Assembly: GCA_963666315.2 (NCBI GenBank)
Contig: CAXXHG010000008.1
Coordinates: 128,001-192,000, forward strand
Origin: Candidatus Binatia bacterium
Lineage (GTDB): Bacteria; Desulfobacterota; Binatia; Bin18
DNA: 64,000 bases
Direction of reading: 5' to 3'
The notes under the pieces were generated by a model. The model did not search any database. It saw only the letters and a list, made by a program, of their open reading frames with translations, and was not told where the DNA came from. The translations under genes and the position numbers were made by a program. Of this stretch, positions 1-10,424 are shown one piece after another; within the stretch, counting starts at the first letter, position 1, and each line of letters starts with the position of its first letter.

Positions 1-340
1 ATTTGTCGATAATCGAGAGGGCATCCCGTTGCAGCGACGGCCAGACATTTTGCGGCTGGACGCGCATACCTTGGCGCACCGGTTGCATACACGTCCGCAC
101 GCTGGGTGTGCCGTCGACATTCATCAGACAGTTGGGGCAATTGCCCGCAGTGCACAACAGTCCGCGCGGGCGATGATATTTAAAGCTGCGACTAAAAATG
201 CGTGTGCCAGCGGCGTATAGCGCGGATGCAATCGTATCACCAGCCTGGGCCGTAATCGTTTCATCAGCAAAAGTGAACGTCAGTGTTTTGTCATGAGCTA
301 TGACCTGAGCGGGATGGGCGGGAAGTCTGTTTGCATTCAT
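1..340 (-). CDS. soxA: Sarcosine oxidase alpha / N-methylglutamate dehydrogenase large subunit, N-terminus (runs off window)
   Basis: Manual translation from ATG at 340: MNANRLPAHP...GDTIASALYAAG...FSRSFKYHRPRGLLC...CPNCLMNVDG. The SRSFKYHRPRG motif is typical of SoxA. ATGA overlap with the soxD stop. Confidence 0.85.
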   Translation of the reverse strand, partial: MNANRLPAHPAQVIAHDKTLTFTFADETITAQAGDTIASALYAAGTRIFSRSFKYHRPRGLLCTAGNCPNCLMNVDGTPSVRTCMQPVRQGMRVQPQNVWPSLQRDALSIIDK

Positions 341-591
341 ACCGATGGAATCCGTGTCTCTCTGACAACATTCGTGCGTGTATCCCGAATCGCGAAAAAC
401 CAGCTGCGACAGCCCATCAGGTGATACCACCATTCTTTGTGTTCACCGGCTTCGTTTTTTCGCATGTGCAAATACTCGGCCCAGTCGTGTTGAGAAACCG
501 GACCTACGGGACGTTCACGAAACTCGCCCCCGAACCGGAATTCATACACGCTGCGCTCGCCACAGTTGGGACAGTCTAAGAGAAATGACAT
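337..591 (-). CDS. soxD: Sarcosine oxidase subunit delta
   Basis: CPNCGER..EFRFGGE, EWWYH..GCRSWF..RDTRTN Zn-binding pattern; lies just upstream of soxA. Confidence 0.9.
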   Translation of the reverse strand: MSFLLDCPNCGERSVYEFRFGGEFRERPVGPVSQHDWAEYLHMRKNEAGEHKEWWYHLMGCRSWFFAIRDTRTNVVRETRIPSV

Positions 592-596
592 GCCGA

Positions 597-1943
597 CTAC
601 CGCTGAGACGCCGGTTTCCAGCCCGGACCCCCGCAGAAGACCACGTTCGTTCCAGTGAGAGGAATGCCGGTAATCATCGAGGATTCCAGAGTTAAGGCGC
701 GCAGGTCTTCGGGTTCCAAGTCATGCACGTCGGATTTGCCGCAGGCGCGGGCCAGCATCTGAATTTCGAGCGTCATGGCGTTAAAAAAGTTCACCACGCG
801 TTCCGCGCCGGCGTCAATATCCAACCGCTGCATCAGCTCCGGATCTTGGGTGGTGATACCGACCGGACAGCGTCCGGTATGGCAGTGATGGCAAGCGTAG
901 GGTTCGGCCCCGATCTTATGGTAGTCGTCGATGTATAAAGGTTTGTTGCAGTTCAGCGCGATCAGCGCGGCCGTGCCGAGGTAGACAGCGTCTGCGCCCA
1001 GCGCGAGGGCTTTCGCCGCAGCCGTGCCGCTGTGTATGCCACCCGCAATAATCAACTGGACTTCGCCGTATAGACCGCAGTCTTCCAGCGCAGCCCGCGC
1101 TTCACATACCGCCGCGAGGGTCGGTATGCCGGTATGCTCAAGCAGGATGTCGGGTGATGCCCCGGTGCCGCCTTCCATGCCATCCACGACGACAACGTCA
1201 GCCCCGGCTTTGGCCGCCAGTTTGACATCGTCAAACACCCGTGCGGCGCCCATTTTCACAAAAATAGGCACCTGCCAGTCGGTGGCCTCACGCAGCTCCT
1301 CTATTTTCGTGACCATATCGTCCGGGCCGAGCCAGTCCGGATGGCGACACGGGCTGCGCTGGTCCACGCCGGGGGGCAGGTCGCGTAGCTCGGCAATTTC
1401 GTCTGAGACTTTGGACTCGAGTAATAGGCCCCCGGTCCCGGGCTTAGCCCCCTGTCCGACGGTGAGTTCGATAGCGTTGGCCTGACGCATATGATGGACG
1501 TTAATGCCATACCGGCTGGGTAAGACTTCATAGATGAGCACATTGGAATGCTCACGCTCGGCGGCCAACATGCCGCCATCGCCGGTGGTGGTCGACGTCC
1601 CCGTCTGGGCGGCCGCTTTAGCTAAGGCGACTTTGGCATTGTACGACAGCGCGCCATAACTCATGCCCGTCACCATGATAGGGATATCGAGTTCAATCGG
1701 ATTCTCGGCAAAGCGACCGCCCAGGATCGTCTTGGTCGAACACTTCTCACGGTAGCCTTCGAGCGGCACGCGGGTGAGCGTACACGGGATAAAAGTAAGA
1801 TCCTCAAAAGAAGGCAGGGGCCGGCTGCGCAGCGCGCTAAAGCCGCGTATCCGGTAGCGGCCGAGGTCTGCCTTGACTTGGATGTCTTCGATTGTTTCCG
1901 GCCGCCAGGTGGTGCTGTGTCGGATAACAGGTCGTTCGCTCAT
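597..1943 (-). CDS. glxD: FMN-binding glutamate synthase family protein (GlxD/MgsC)
   Basis: GMSYGALS, GQGAKPGTGG, DQRSPCRHPDWLGPDD, CHHCHTGRCPVGITTQDP; next to glxB/glxC. Confidence 0.9.
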   Translation of the reverse strand: MSERPVIRHSTTWRPETIEDIQVKADLGRYRIRGFSALRSRPLPSFEDLTFIPCTLTRVPLEGYREKCSTKTILGGRFAENPIELDIPIMVTGMSYGALSYNAKVALAKAAAQTGTSTTTGDGGMLAAEREHSNVLIYEVLPSRYGINVHHMRQANAIELTVGQGAKPGTGGLLLESKVSDEIAELRDLPPGVDQRSPCRHPDWLGPDDMVTKIEELREATDWQVPIFVKMGAARVFDDVKLAAKAGADVVVVDGMEGGTGASPDILLEHTGIPTLAAVCEARAALEDCGLYGEVQLIIAGGIHSGTAAAKALALGADAVYLGTAALIALNCNKPLYIDDYHKIGAEPYACHHCHTGRCPVGITTQDPELMQRLDIDAGAERVVNFFNAMTLEIQMLARACGKSDVHDLEPEDLRALTLESSMITGIPLTGTNVVFCGGPGWKPASQR

Positions 1944-2629
1944 AATGCCTCCCGCCAGGTCTGGAAATCTTTTTTGTCAAACTGCCACAAGCGTTTGCCG
2001 GACACTATTTTTTGAAAGGCAGCCGGAGGGTCGATATCGTACTGGACCAGCATCGCGTCGAGAAAGAGACTTTCTTCAGCCGTAACATCCTCAATGACGG
2101 CATCATTGCCTAAGTCTGAAATCTGACCGCCGACAAAGATGCGGCCGGCATACATTGAATCGCCGAGTGCCTCTGCCGTATCCCCACACACTACGATGGT
2201 TCCTTTTTGCATCATGAAGCCGGTCATATAGCCGCTATTGCCCTGAACGATGAGGCAGCCGCCCTTCATGGCAATGCCGGCCCCGAGAGCTCGCACTGCC
2301 GTGGATCACGACTGTCCCACCTCGAATAGAGGCGGCCGCGCTGTTGCCCGCATTTTGGCCCAGAACGACTGTGCCGTTCAGCATACTTTCTGCAAGTCCC
2401 CAGCCACAGCTGCCTTGGATCTTAATGGTTGGACATCCATCAGGCCGCCACAGTAATAACCCACGCTACCCGTGATAGTCAGTGTGATTTGCTGCAGAAT
2501 AGCCACGCCGAGATTATGTCGCGCTTGGGGATGGAGAACCCGGATTTCCTGCTCGCCAGCTTGAATCAGCCGGCGGATTTCTCGGTTTATTTCGCGGGAA
2601 ATTTTCCCCTGGCAGTCGACTTCTTTCAC
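1940..2629 (-). pseudogene. glxC: GXGXG-repeat protein GlxC/MgsB, split by frameshifts
   Basis: GTG start at 2629 after AGGGGAG. Pieces GSVGYYCGGLMD and GIAMKGG..GYMTGFMMQKG..LGDSMYAG lie in different frames (breaks near 2420 and 2300). Confidence 0.8.
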
Positions 2630-2664
2630 GGCACTCCCCCTTTTTTGCCGTACAATATGCCCAC

Positions 2665-3604
2665 TTACTGCGACCGCCAAGTCGCGACCTCATTCACGCC
2701 AGGCTCCCAGACCCGAAAGTCGTCTCTCAGCGCTGTCCGCAAGGCCTGTTCTTCAGTCGCAATCGCAACGTAAGCCGCTGTCTCAGTCACCACCAGGGGT
2801 TTGAAAGCGAACGGATCTTTGACATAGCCGAGGCAGTCGTCCGTGGCTGCAAGATAACTGAATGCGCCGTCAAAATCTTTGAGCGACGTCTGCAGGGCGT
2901 CTTCAAAGCCGGCACCTTGAGACATCTGATCGGCGATATACAGGCCGATAATTTCCGAGTCATTGCCGGTATAGAAATGATGCCCTTGCTGCTCATAGAT
3001 GCGCCGCATCTTGTGATAATTCGTAATATGTCCGTTATGGACCACGGCCACATCGGATCGGCCATGCGCCCAAAAGGGTTGCGAGTGACTCAGGTCCACC
3101 CGGCTTTCTGTTGACATGCGCGTATGCCCAATGCCATGCGTTCCCACAAGAGCAGAGACCGCGTACGTGGCTTCAAGATTGGCTGGAGAGCCGACCTGTT
3201 TGACGATTTCGAGCCGTGTGCCCATGCTGACAACTTCGATCTGGGCACCCGCAGCTACGCCTCCCGTGGCTGCGCCAGCGGCTACTATTGTTTGCTCTAG
3301 CTGTTTTGGATGCTCTTGAGATGCGACGACCAGACGCAGCGACGGACCCCTGAATTCTTGAGTCCAAAACAGAGCCCACGCTGTTTACTTGTTCGATCAC
3401 GCGGGCCGCGATGGTATCAAATGGACCCTGCTCGCCCAGCTTGATCCGTACAACATAGTGGTCACTGCCGTGATCCCCATACAGCGCCACCCCGCTTGAA
3501 TCCGGTCCGCGGCGCGCCAAGGCCGACAACATATCGAGCAGCGTCCGCCCCACCGGCGCCTGCGTATTCCCCGTCTTATCTAAAAATCCGACGATGCCAC
3601 ACAT
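2665..3604 (-). pseudogene. glxB: Class II glutamine amidotransferase GlxB/MgsA, frameshifted
   Basis: MCGIVG Ntn start and RGPDSSG, then GHTRMSTES and HNGHITNY in another frame; shift near the G-run at about 3347. Confidence 0.85.
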
Positions 3605-3638
3605 AAGAGTTCATATTCTAAATGTATCTTTTAGCGAT

Positions 3639-4634
3639 TTACTGCATGAAGGTTAACGGACTACCTGCGATCAGCGGCTGCAAGTTGCGCCGATACTCTT
3701 CCGGCTTGGCGACTTCTTCGATGAGCCACTCGATAGCACGCTCATAAAAATTCATCATAATCATGAACAGGCTATTATACGCATCCACATAACGATTACA
3801 CACATAGGCCACCGTCTCTTCGCCACGTCGCTCTACGGCTGCGTAGTGGGTGATCAGGTCCACGTCGCTCAACGTGTGTTGGATGTCCTCATCCACAAAA
3901 CGCACATTCTCTTGTTCCATGTCCGTCACCAACTGAACAACGTTCCCAGACTGACACAGGTCCAACTCTATGGTGACAGGTAAGGCGATGTCCAGAGGTG
4001 GCGGTTTCCGCTTGGCAAACTGCTGAACTGCGCGTCGAGCGCCCTCACGAATACGGGCATGGCTTTCACTCAGCGGCAGATGTTTACCTTTGGAATAGCC
4101 GAGCGATTTTTTGACCTCAACATATTCGATGTCGCCGAACAGCGGGCGCGCCTGCTCGATTGTTTTGTCGTCTCCCGACAGCATGAGAACGGGCACGTCA
4201 AAACTACTCACCAGAAAGCCGTTCAGGCCATATTCACCGACCGACAGACCATTGACGCGGACATCTTGGAAGGCCGGGATCCAGGTGTGGCTGAGGATGC
4301 CGTCCTTGGTGCCGGCTTTGGAGTGATAGCCAATAAACAGGGCGCCATCAAAGCCGGGATTGAAGCCTTTGAACTGACACAGATTGCGCTTCAGGCCGGA
4401 CTTGAGTGTAGCCTTGGGATGCACATCTTTGGGCCGAATGTTGCACATATAGCCGTGCGAGTCACAGACCACGACGTCAGAGGCACCTCCTTCGATTGCG
4501 CCTTGCACGGCGGCATTGACATCGCCGGCCATAATCCGTCGAAACGTTTGATAGCCTGGCAGACCCCGAAAGACCTCCTCCACCGTTTCGACCCCGGAAA
4601 TGCCTTCCATGTCTACCGAGATGAAAATGCGCAT
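3639..4634 (-). CDS. dppA: M55 family D-aminopeptidase (DppA-like) with C-terminal extension
   Basis: ISVDMEGISGV, DSHG, IGYHSKAG, ILSHT, GEYGLN, LSGDD motifs. Confidence 0.85.
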   Translation of the reverse strand: MRIFISVDMEGISGVETVEEVFRGLPGYQTFRRIMAGDVNAAVQGAIEGGASDVVVCDSHGYMCNIRPKDVHPKATLKSGLKRNLCQFKGFNPGFDGALFIGYHSKAGTKDGILSHTWIPAFQDVRVNGLSVGEYGLNGFLVSSFDVPVLMLSGDDKTIEQARPLFGDIEYVEVKKSLGYSKGKHLPLSESHARIREGARRAVQQFAKRKPPPLDIALPVTIELDLCQSGNVVQLVTDMEQENVRFVDEDIQHTLSDVDLITHYAAVERRGEETVAYVCNRYVDAYNSLFMIMMNFYERAIEWLIEEVAKPEEYRRNLQPLIAGSPLTFMQ

Positions 4635-4673
4635 ACGGCCCCCTTATATGCTTACTCCGCCGTAGGTCGAATC

Positions 4674-5025
4674 GTAGGACGGATTAGCGTAGCGTAATCC
4701 GATATCGTTCCTCATGCCCTCATCCCTGATCCTCTTCCCACGCCGCCGCCACCTCGCGCATGGTCGTGAACCACACACCAGGTGTGGCGTAGATGTGTTG
4801 AATAACACTCTCCAGCAAGGCCCCCAAACGCATCGAATCGTATGATTTTCGGCGGTCACAGTACACGTCATTGCGAGCGAAGCGAAGCAATCTGTAGCGG
4901 GCAAAGAGATTGCCTCGTCGCCTACGGCTCCTCGCAATGACACATCCTCCCCCTTTTCCAAATATCTTCTAGGGAATCCCTCGTCGTCGTGTTCCCCGGA
5001 TTCCACTCCGTTCCATCCAGGCTAC
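4674..5025. repeat. Cluster of REP-like palindromes
   Basis: GTAGGACGGATTAGCGTAGCGTAATCCG (4674-4701); GTCATTGCGAG...CTCGCAATGAC (4867-4941); inverted GTAGCCTGGATGGAAC..GGAATCCGGGG (4994-5025). Confidence 0.7.
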
Positions 5026-5074
5026 TAGGTGGAAGTGCTTTAGAATTGTCCTATGGATCTGAGCGATTGGACAC

Positions 5075-5260
5075 ACCCAGGGAGACACAACGATTTTTTT
5101 GGTATCACCAACCTTTAGTCCCGTCAGCTGTTTTTCTAGACCTGGGACAATCTGTTTGGAGCCATGAGTATACACGAGCGGTTTTTTGGCCACACTTGAC
5201 TCTAAGACTGTCTCATCTTGGAGCGTCAGGATGTATTGGAGCGAAACGCGTTTGCCATTG
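5075..5260 (-). pseudogene. FKBP/SlyD-type peptidyl-prolyl isomerase fragment
   Basis: GKRVSLQYILTLQDETVLESS..KPLVYTHGSKQIVPGLEKQLTGLKVGDTKKIVVSP; rest of the domain is absent. Confidence 0.7.
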
Positions 5261-5381
5261 CAATCGTCTCTTCTGCATGACCGGAGGCCGCAAGCACTAA
5301 GCGCCCCTATCACTTCGTGGTGTACAAAAGAAGAGCTTGGATCGCGCATATGCTCCCACATATTCCGCACTCACGAATGGG

Positions 5382-6134
5382 CTAGGTATCGTGCTGGGTG
5401 TTGCGAGAGGCCCGCATCCGCGAGCGTATGGAAAGCACATACAGCAGCAGAAACAGGGCCAGCAAGCACTCTTTCACCTCTCCCAAGCGAGTCATCAGCT
5501 CTACCGGGAGCGCCAGGTCAAACTGTTTCGCGATTTTTCGTGGCGCAGTGGAATTGACCCCTAAGAAGGCTGCTGGCAGGCAGGTGGCAGTCGGTCATAA
5601 CCAGTACTGACAGCCTTTTGGGTCAAAACGAATATTGGCAATGCGGAACACGATCGGCGCAATAATTCCCCCGCCAATAGCAAACAGGGTCAACGCATTG
5701 CGTGGCAGCTGGCCCGCAATTTTCCCAACTATGCCTTTAATACTATGGACGTTTGTTTCATGTTGCGTGTTGAGTCCCTGCCAGCTATGTGGCGTTTGCC
5801 AGCCGATGAAGTGCTGGCCCCAGCTTAATTCCTCGCCTACAAAATACAGACAGCCGAGGGCCCAGAGGACAAGAACGAGACGGACGGTGTGAGGCAGGTC
5901 GGCCGGCGCTTGGCGATACGTCATCACACCGACGCTGATCGCAAGTAATAAAAAGAGCACCGTCAGGTTTTCGATCACGCCAAATTCGGAGCGGACGAAC
6001 CAAATATAGGCACTCGGATCTATCAGCCACACACCGTACGGAGCGAGTGCGATGCTCACCGGTAGCCACACATACAGCCACGGTGCACTATCGGTAAAAT
6101 ATTGCGGCTGGCTACACACACACGCACCATACAC
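5382..6134 (-). pseudogene. Integral membrane protein with an in-frame TGA
   Basis: GVIENLT and GEELSWGQH..NTQHETNVH motifs. Frame continues past TGA (5595-5597; YWL*PTATCLPAA) through a further hydrophobic helix to TAG at 5382. Confidence 0.6.
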
Positions 6135-6224
6135 GAGCAGAAGATAGGCGGCGAGCAGTCCGAACCCTCACCCGGGATCTCATCTCCGCTTCTTGCTTCG
6201 TCTAGGCGACGTTTGCAGATCGCC

Positions 6225-6656
6225 TTAATGACCCTGACCCGGCGGTGCAAGCTGGTCAGGCGTCACCCATTCTTCTGACATGCCATTCGCAAACTCCGGC
6301 GGAAGCGCTGTGACCGGAACGCCTTCGAACTCTTGAGGAACCGCCGCTGGCCGGTTCGTATACACATACACAACACCAACGCCAGGTCGGACGGCAACTA
6401 CCCCTGGGAGCTGCGCTAAGGCATGCTGCGTAGTCGTGTATTGTTTTTCAAACGCGCGTACTTCCGACGTCTTATACGCTTGCAGAGCCCGACGGGAGAC
6501 CTCACGTCCCCGCGCGTCTTTTATCCCGTGCGGGATATCGGCTCGTCGCAGCGCAGCCAAGTCTCCCTTGGGTTGCGCTGCGCAGGACCAGCTCGATACA
6601 AATCCCGCTAGAAGGAGTCCAAGCAAGCATCTGTGGGTTTGTCTTTGCATACGCAA
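6225..6656 (-). CDS. Hypothetical exported/lipoprotein
   Basis: Hydrophobic N-terminus ending SWSC; otherwise no recognised family. Confidence 0.45.
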   Translation of the reverse strand: MRMQRQTHRCLLGLLLAGFVSSWSCAAQPKGDLAALRRADIPHGIKDARGREVSRRALQAYKTSEVRAFEKQYTTTQHALAQLPGVVAVRPGVGVVYVYTNRPAAVPQEFEGVPVTALPPEFANGMSEEWVTPDQLAPPGQGH

Positions 6657-6701
6657 CCTATCGTTTCCGTGTGGTTTGTCCGGCTTGAATCTGATCCTAC
6701 A

Positions 6702-7238
6702 TTAAGAGCGAACGATCGTTCCATTCATAGATTTTCCCCCAGGGCCACCTTCGTAGCCGTCGCCATGCGGGTCGGGTAAACGCAGTGGCTTATGCATAAT
6801 CCCGTGCGAGTCAGGCACGCTCTGGCGCCATTCGAGGTCGGGCACCCGCAGGACTCGGTTTTGGGTATAGGACGGAGGGAAGGCCGGGATGTTTGGATTC
6901 CAAAAGACAAATACGTTTGCCCCAGCCTGAGAATGCAGCTCTCCACCCCCGCGGCCTTGCGGGATATGGATATAGCCACTCGGTCCTACCGTGCTGTCCC
7001 CCGAGCTGAGATCGCCCCGGAGCACGAACAGTTCGAGGGCAGCGTCTTTGCCGTCGGTTTCACGCCGCCAACCAGCTGGAAGCTCAATTAGATAGGTGTG
7101 TGCATCGCTGTGCGCATCACTGCTTAACAAGGCGCCGGGAAGATCTTCTATACACGTAGGGCCGTCCAGGCGGCTGCGTTGCAACCCAGCGTAATTGTAG
7201 AATTGGGGTTTATCTCGTCGCCAATGTTCGCTGCCCAT
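6702..7238 (-). CDS. Cupin-like protein (DUF4437-like), probably C-terminally truncated
   Basis: LELFVLRGDL...GYIHIPQG cupin-like strands; GGAGAAAAC RBS; ends abruptly after GGPGG. Confidence 0.5.
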   Translation of the reverse strand: MGSEHWRRDKPQFYNYAGLQRSRLDGPTCIEDLPGALLSSDAHSDAHTYLIELPAGWRRETDGKDAALELFVLRGDLSSGDSTVGPSGYIHIPQGRGGGELHSQAGANVFVFWNPNIPAFPPSYTQNRVLRVPDLEWRQSVPDSHGIMHKPLRLPDPHGDGYEGGPGGKSMNGTIVRS

Positions 7239-7358
7239 GCGTTTTCTCCTTTTAAGAATAACACTCCAGTTCCAAGACCAATTTCATCGATCGGGTTAGC
7301 GTAGCGTAACTCGACACCACATGGCTATACAGACTCTCAAGAGCGAGCGGCATACTTT

Positions 7359-8582
7359 CTATCTGAATCTTTCAAGTCTATGGCTGTCCAACAGTGCAAC
7401 TTGTATCCCCTCAACTATCTCAATCATACTCAGCTCGCCGACGAGTGGGGCTAAGGTCACACCACTATGCATCAGAGCGATATAGAGATTCGGTACGGCT
7501 TGCGTAAAGCCAAGAATGGGCAGCTCATCTGCGGGCATAGGCCGATGGCCGACGGGAACTGGAATTGCCCGCGCACCTGCAAGAGCAGGCAGATAAGATG
7601 TAGCCCGCTTTAATAATGCGTCCGCGTGCGCTTGGGAGTCATCGCGCGCCAGACTTTCCTGACTGCCTTCGCCGATCATGACCGTGCCATCTGTCCATTG
7701 GCGCACGTGTATACCCGGCCGGTTTGCATCCATACCCGGCCGGTTTGCATCCATACCCGGCCGGTTTGCGTCGCCCGCAGGCGTATTGAGAACGGCAATT
7801 TTTTTGAACAGGGGAGGGCGGGGGTCGGTCCGTACAACCACACCTGGGCTATCCTGTTGCGGAATGTTGAGCCCGATCATCGCCGCCAATTGGGTGCTGC
7901 CTACGCCGGCTGCAAGCACCACCACGTCGCACGGCATCTCACCGCTCGTGATACGACCACTCGTGGTGCGATCACTCGTGATGCGGATCGCCTTGATCCG
8001 TCTACCACCGCGGCCTGTGCCGTTCATGACGAAGTCTGTAACCTCTGTGTTGCTCGACACCGTGCCGCCGTTTGCTTGAACGTACCTTAGGCAAGCTTGA
8101 ATGACTTGAGATGGTTCTACGATACCATCCTTGACACTCAAGGCCCCAATCGTGAATGACTCTGGCTTAATGCTGGGCTCAAGTGCACGAAAAGTCGCCT
8201 CGTTCAGGAGTCGACATTCGGATCCGCGCCGCTGCTGCAGCTCGACCCCTCGGCGCAGCTCGTCCGCCTCTTCTTCGGTATTCGCCCAACGCAGTTCGCC
8301 GCCCCAGCGTAAACCGACGTCTGATTGCAGGAGCGATGCAAAACGAGACCACATATCCACCGAACGTCGATTCAAGTCGTGATACGAAGCCGGCTCTTTC
8401 CCGCTGGTGGCATTAATCCAGGCAAAGGAATGACTCGACGCTCCAGTCCCAGGCTCAGCCTGATCAATGATAGTGAGATTGACGTGACGACGTGAGAGAT
8501 AAAACGCAATCGATGCGCCGACTATGCCTGCGCCAATAATGACGATGCGGGGCTTCTTAACGGAGGGATGGGAAAGCTCCAA
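7359..8582 (-). CDS. FAD-dependent oxidoreductase, DAAO/glycine oxidase family
   Basis: IIGAGIVG, GASSHSFAWIN, RPMPADELPILG, HSGVTLAP. Confidence 0.85.
   Translation of the reverse strand: MELSHPSVKKPRIVIIGAGIVGASIAFYLSRRHVNLTIIDQAEPGTGASSHSFAWINATSGKEPASYHDLNRRSVDMWSRFASLLQSDVGLRWGGELRWANTEEEADELRRGVELQQRRGSECRLLNEATFRALEPSIKPESFTIGALSVKDGIVEPSQVIQACLRYVQANGGTVSSNTEVTDFVMNGTGRGGRRIKAIRITSDRTTSGRITSGEMPCDVVVLAAGVGSTQLAAMIGLNIPQQDSPGVVVRTDPRPPLFKKIAVLNTPAGDANRPGMDANRPGMDANRPGIHVRQWTDGTVMIGEGSQESLARDDSQAHADALLKRATSYLPALAGARAIPVPVGHRPMPADELPILGFTQAVPNLYIALMHSGVTLAPLVGELSMIEIVEGIQVALLDSHRLERFR
7711..7773. repeat. 3 x 21-bp in-frame tandem repeat (DANRPGM/I)
   Basis: ATACCCGGCCGGTTTGCATCC twice plus a near-identical third copy. 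Confidence 0.95.
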
Positions 8583-8600
8583 TGCTCTTCTTCCTGGACT

Positions 8601-9662
8601 CTACCGAAAATGTGGCATGACCTTCTCGGCAAACAGACGCATGGACCGCTCGACCCGGTCTTGGGGCAGGCCGCCGAAATTCATCCAGCACAATAATTCC
8701 CCCACATGCGCCTCTTCCATTTCACGCACCTGGTCTATGATTCGCTCTGGTGAGCCAAACAGAACGGTTTCTGCTACGAGCTGCTCCCAGGTGATGCTGG
8801 CTAGCCGGTCTGCCAATGCGCGGAATTGGGGCTGCAGGCTGGGTGGGACGGCCTCAATGTTCTCCGGCACCAGAAATCGAGCCAGGGATTGTTGATACCA
8901 CACTTCCGCCTCTTGGGCTTCGCGCCGGGCTTGGGCGTCCGTCGGCGCCACATAGATATGGCGCGACACGCCCCAGGAGTGCAGCGCGGTGTGTATGGCG
9001 GCCTCGGTCTGACCTGCTTCGCGCATCGCGGCAACGTATACGTCCCGATTATGCTCTATCTGACTAAACGGGCCGAACAGAATAGAGTTCAGCATAAACC
9101 AGCCGCGCTGAGCAGCAAGTCTGATCGTGTCCGGACTGACACACACCAGCGACAGCGGGGGATGCGGCTTCTGGTGGGGCTTGGGAATGACGGGAATGTT
9201 GTCAATCTTAAAGAATTTTCCCTGATAGGAAACACGTTCCTGCGTCCAGGCCTGAATCATAACCTCTAAGGTCTCGCCAAACCGCTCTCGGTTTTCCTGC
9301 TGCGAAACACGATAGCCTGCGAACTCAACCGGACGATTGCCCCGTCCAAGACCGACGCGCAGCCGCCCGCGACTGAGGATATCGACAAAGGCGATTTCTT
9401 CCGCCAAGCGAATGGGATCATGAAAGGGCAGAATGACGGCGGCAAGTCCTATCTGTATGCGTTCAGTCCGAGCGGCAATCGCAGCAGCCAGGGCCATCGG
9501 GCTGGTTGAAATGCCATACTCGATAAAGTGATGCTCGGTCAGCCAGACGCTATCGTAGCCGAGTTCTTCACTCAAAAGGATCTGAGCAAACTCGCGGTGT
9601 ATCACTTCTGCATGTGAGGAGCCCGGCGGGGCCTGTAAAAAATAATAGGTACCAAAGCGCAC
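8601..9662 (-). CDS. LLM class flavin-dependent oxidoreductase
   Basis: LGYDSVWLTEHHF, DPIRLAEE, GRLRVGLGRG, PKPHQKPHPP, SMRLFAEKVMP. Confidence 0.9.
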   Translation of the reverse strand: MRFGTYYFLQAPPGSSHAEVIHREFAQILLSEELGYDSVWLTEHHFIEYGISTSPMALAAAIAARTERIQIGLAAVILPFHDPIRLAEEIAFVDILSRGRLRVGLGRGNRPVEFAGYRVSQQENRERFGETLEVMIQAWTQERVSYQGKFFKIDNIPVIPKPHQKPHPPLSLVCVSPDTIRLAAQRGWFMLNSILFGPFSQIEHNRDVYVAAMREAGQTEAAIHTALHSWGVSRHIYVAPTDAQARREAQEAEVWYQQSLARFLVPENIEAVPPSLQPQFRALADRLASITWEQLVAETVLFGSPERIIDQVREMEEAHVGELLCWMNFGGLPQDRVERSMRLFAEKVMPHFR

Positions 9663-9766
9663 TATGTGTTCCTTTTACCAGAGACAGCAGGGTTTGGGCA
9701 GAGCGGAGAGCGCGACGGCTTAAGAAACTGTTAAGCGCCTATCCGAATAACCCTAAGCACCCGGTT

Positions 9767-9835
9767 CTGTCATTCAGAGCGTAGCGAAGAATCTCTCCTC
9801 TAGGCGTGAAATTGAGATCTTTCGCTGGGCTCTCA
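9767..9835. repeat. REP-like palindrome
   Basis: TGTCATTCAGAGCGTAGCGAAGAATCTC...GAGATCTTTCGCT; same style as 4867-4941. Confidence 0.55.
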
Positions 9836-9864
9836 GTCGGTAACGAGTAGCACGGGAGAGCTGC

Positions 9865-10424
9865 GTGGAACGCAAACGTATGCTCCAGCTCTTTAAGGAG
9901 CTACAGACGGCCTGAGGCTCTTTTGACGACTTTCCGGCCCTGCCACCTGGCATCGATCCTATGCCGCATATCAGCTGCAACACCATCTCTCAGCCTTTCT
10001 TTCTGCTCAGCGATCAAGATCACACCGTGATCAATCTGACCGGAGAGAGGGGAATCTGGTTTGCCGGTGAGCATGCTGAGCGTTTGCAGCTCGTCGCTGG
10101 GGATAGCGTCTATCTTCCCGCCGGTATACCGAGCCAGGTGATAAAGCATACACCGAGTTTTCAAGTCCGCTTCAAAGCCGAGACACCGGGCCGTGAAGCC
10201 GCCGTATGGTATTTGCCGACTGTCACACGATTGTGCACTGGCAGTCCATTGATACCGGTACGGAAATCCCCCAGCAGGCATGCTGGCAAGCCGTACATAC
10301 CTTTAATGCTGACACGGCGGAGCGAACGTGTCCGGCGTGCGGGACTGAGCATCCTCGTGTAGAACTCGGCGATATTGCCTGGCCGACTGTAGCCGATGCG
10401 ATTCGGAGTGCGGGAGCGGGATAG
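9865..10424 (+). pseudogene. Cupin with CxxC...CxxC site, 3-hydroxyanthranilate dioxygenase-like
   Basis: GTG 9865: MERKRMLQLFKELQTA*GSFDDFP (TGA 9913-9915), GDSVYLPAGIP, frameshift near 10213, then DCHT...FNADTAERTCPACG. Confidence 0.6.

Noticed and set aside
4644-5006. 120-aa ORF
   Set aside because: Translation of REP-like palindromes (CFASLAMT, LRYANPSY).
7711-7773. CRISPR-like repeat
   Set aside because: Head-to-tail repeats without spacers, inside a CDS; no cas genes.
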